This document shows positions 62,183 through 64,000 of a stretch of DNA of 64,000 nucleotides, piece after piece. Location: positions 1,023,588 to 1,087,587 of the forward strand of contig NMRA01000043.1 of NCBI GenBank assembly GCA_002633005.1, in the 5' to 3' direction. Source of the stretch: Phoronis australis. Lineage: Eukaryota > Animalia > Phoronida. The notes below the pieces were generated by a model. It saw only the letters and a program-made list of their open reading frames with translations. It ran no database searches and was not told where the DNA came from. How positions within the stretch are numbered: the first letter of the stretch is position 1; every line of letters starts with the position of its first letter. The position numbers and the translations under genes are program-made.

Positions 62183-64000
62183 AGTGCCAAACTGGCAATG
62201 CCCCAAAAAGACTTGGACTTCCTATCCAAAAATTGCCAGGTGTTCTGACTTACACGCTTGCATGGTGACGTCATCATGACAATCGGTTGTTAATTTCAGT
62301 AATGTTTTGAGACAGTTTACTCAATGCCCGTGTAGTTGTTAAGTTTGAGTTAAAACAAGTCGATTAACCTTAACTTGAGCTTACGAGACTTCACTAAACT
62401 GCTAATAAGCTTTCGAATGAGTTGACTTTGGTGCGTGACGGTATAATGATTATGATAAGGAGTGAGCTTACACCGTCGCGAAGCACAGTGGCAACAGAAG
62501 ACATGAAATTCTTTCGTTGGCACAAAAACAACTGAGCCAGGTCCGTAGGAAGCGGGGGAGGGGGGGAGGGGGGCGGGAGGGGCACGGCCCCCCAAAAAAA
62601 TTTTCATGCATCAGGGTTAAACCGTGGCAACCGACATAGGCGTGGTGCCGGGGACAGTCGAGAAAAGAAAGAAGGATCCAGGATTTTGAGCTGGGGAGGG
62701 GGGGTGGGGCAGAGTATTAGCCAGTGTTTTGCCCGTCAGACATTCGCACCCCCGGACTGCCAAATGTAATCTAGGAGAATTTTTGGGAGGCCATGGCCCC
62801 TCTAAATCCGCCACTGATTACTTGATAAAAATTGATGACCTGACAGATACCATTAATTGCTGCGCATTTCCTGATATTTGACAATATAGATATTTTCATA
62901 TTTAGGGGCCCTGCCCTTGAAGGAGGCCATTGATGGCATTCAAGTGGCCACCCTTTTTGTGTTTTCAGTGACAAATTCTTAAGGGGCCGCTCACGGAGAG
63001 AGGGCTCAATGATGGAATCGATTACCTCTATTTTCCTTTTTTTGTAAACTCGTGCAACCGGTTTTCATGTTGAAGGAGGTCACTCTCTGCATCGTTTTGA
63101 GACCACACGACGGTGGAATGCACTGTCACTCTTTTTTCCACGCTTAATGATGTTTAGCCTTTCATCTTTAAGGTGTCCCATTTCAGGCGGTACCCTCTCT
63201 CGGTGGAACAGTTCGGGGGGAAATGTCCCTTTGGCCCTCTATACATGTAAATCCGACACTGCCAAGTATTCACGATGGAAGTTGAGATTTCAAATTCATC
63301 AAAAAAAAAACACAAAACATTCGTGCACAACACAGCCATTTCACCCAAACAATCAAAAATTTGGAAAAATTCAATAGGGTCGCCACCATCGAAAGGGTGG
63401 AATTTTGAAGAACGTGAAGACCACAATTCCTGAATTACACAAAAGGACTATTTCTGATGGTTAGTTATAAAATAATGTTACTTTTTCCCGTAGTATCACA
63501 AGAATAGTACATCTTTTGTAGCTGGCTACTATGAGTTGTTTGTAAGGAATTCCCACATGTGCAAAACACTGCTGGGCTACTATTTGTGATGACCGTGAAC
63601 ATGTCGAAAGGGGGTACTCAAAGAACTCTCGCAATCATAAACAAAGATTTGAGCGTTTTTTGTTTCGTCAGTAGAGTTCAAGTTTACCTCGTGAACCGTT
63701 ATAGGTACCTCTGAAATGAGCAAAAATACACCTTTTAAGGCTACCCGTCAAGAGTCTGAAAGCATGCATGCGGAAATTGCTTATAACATTCCGTTGGTTT
63801 CAGAATTACTTGTTTATGTATCTACAAAAATCTATAGATTCATAGGTTTTTAATTTTTTATAAACATTTTATTTCTAAATACACTAAGATATACAGCAAC
63901 GAGGTATATGCAAATGGAACACAGACACACACGCACACACACACCCACGCACATAACTAAATAATACAACTTCACGGTTGATCTAATCTAAATAAGTATT

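Noticed and set aside
61446-62279. Plus-strand ORFs opposite the basic-protein gene
   Set aside because: Antisense shadows of a low-complexity coding strand

Overview
AT-rich, intron-rich eukaryotic DNA from an animal; the gene and repeat content suggests a marine invertebrate (inference). Four protein-coding genes can be reconstructed by hand from splice sites and reading frames. (1) An 18-exon, ~700-aa N-terminal kinesin with a coiled-coil tail on the minus strand (3432-33157), with a degenerate switch I, a short loop L11 and one GC-AG intron. (2) A complete 4-exon PCED1/FAM113-like SGNH esterase gene (5158-8355, +) nested antisense in the kinesin's last intron. (3) A 9-exon, ~902-aa TRPC channel (36899-49191, +), divergent from the kinesin. 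(4) A Lys/Ser-rich ~529-aa protein of unknown function encoded in one uninterrupted ORF (60593-62182, -). Introns and intergenic DNA are full of mobile DNA: an internally deleted Kolobok transposon with ~310-bp TIRs that each carry an inward-facing ATG, Helentron-like (HINE) elements with an array of CTCF-like motifs, a truncated Mag-type Ty3/Gypsy element, a decayed Polinton/Maverick minor-capsid gene, a Penelope-type hammerhead-like motif, a LINE 3' end, several MITEs and many minisatellites. No database searches were run; family assignments rest on recognised motifs.
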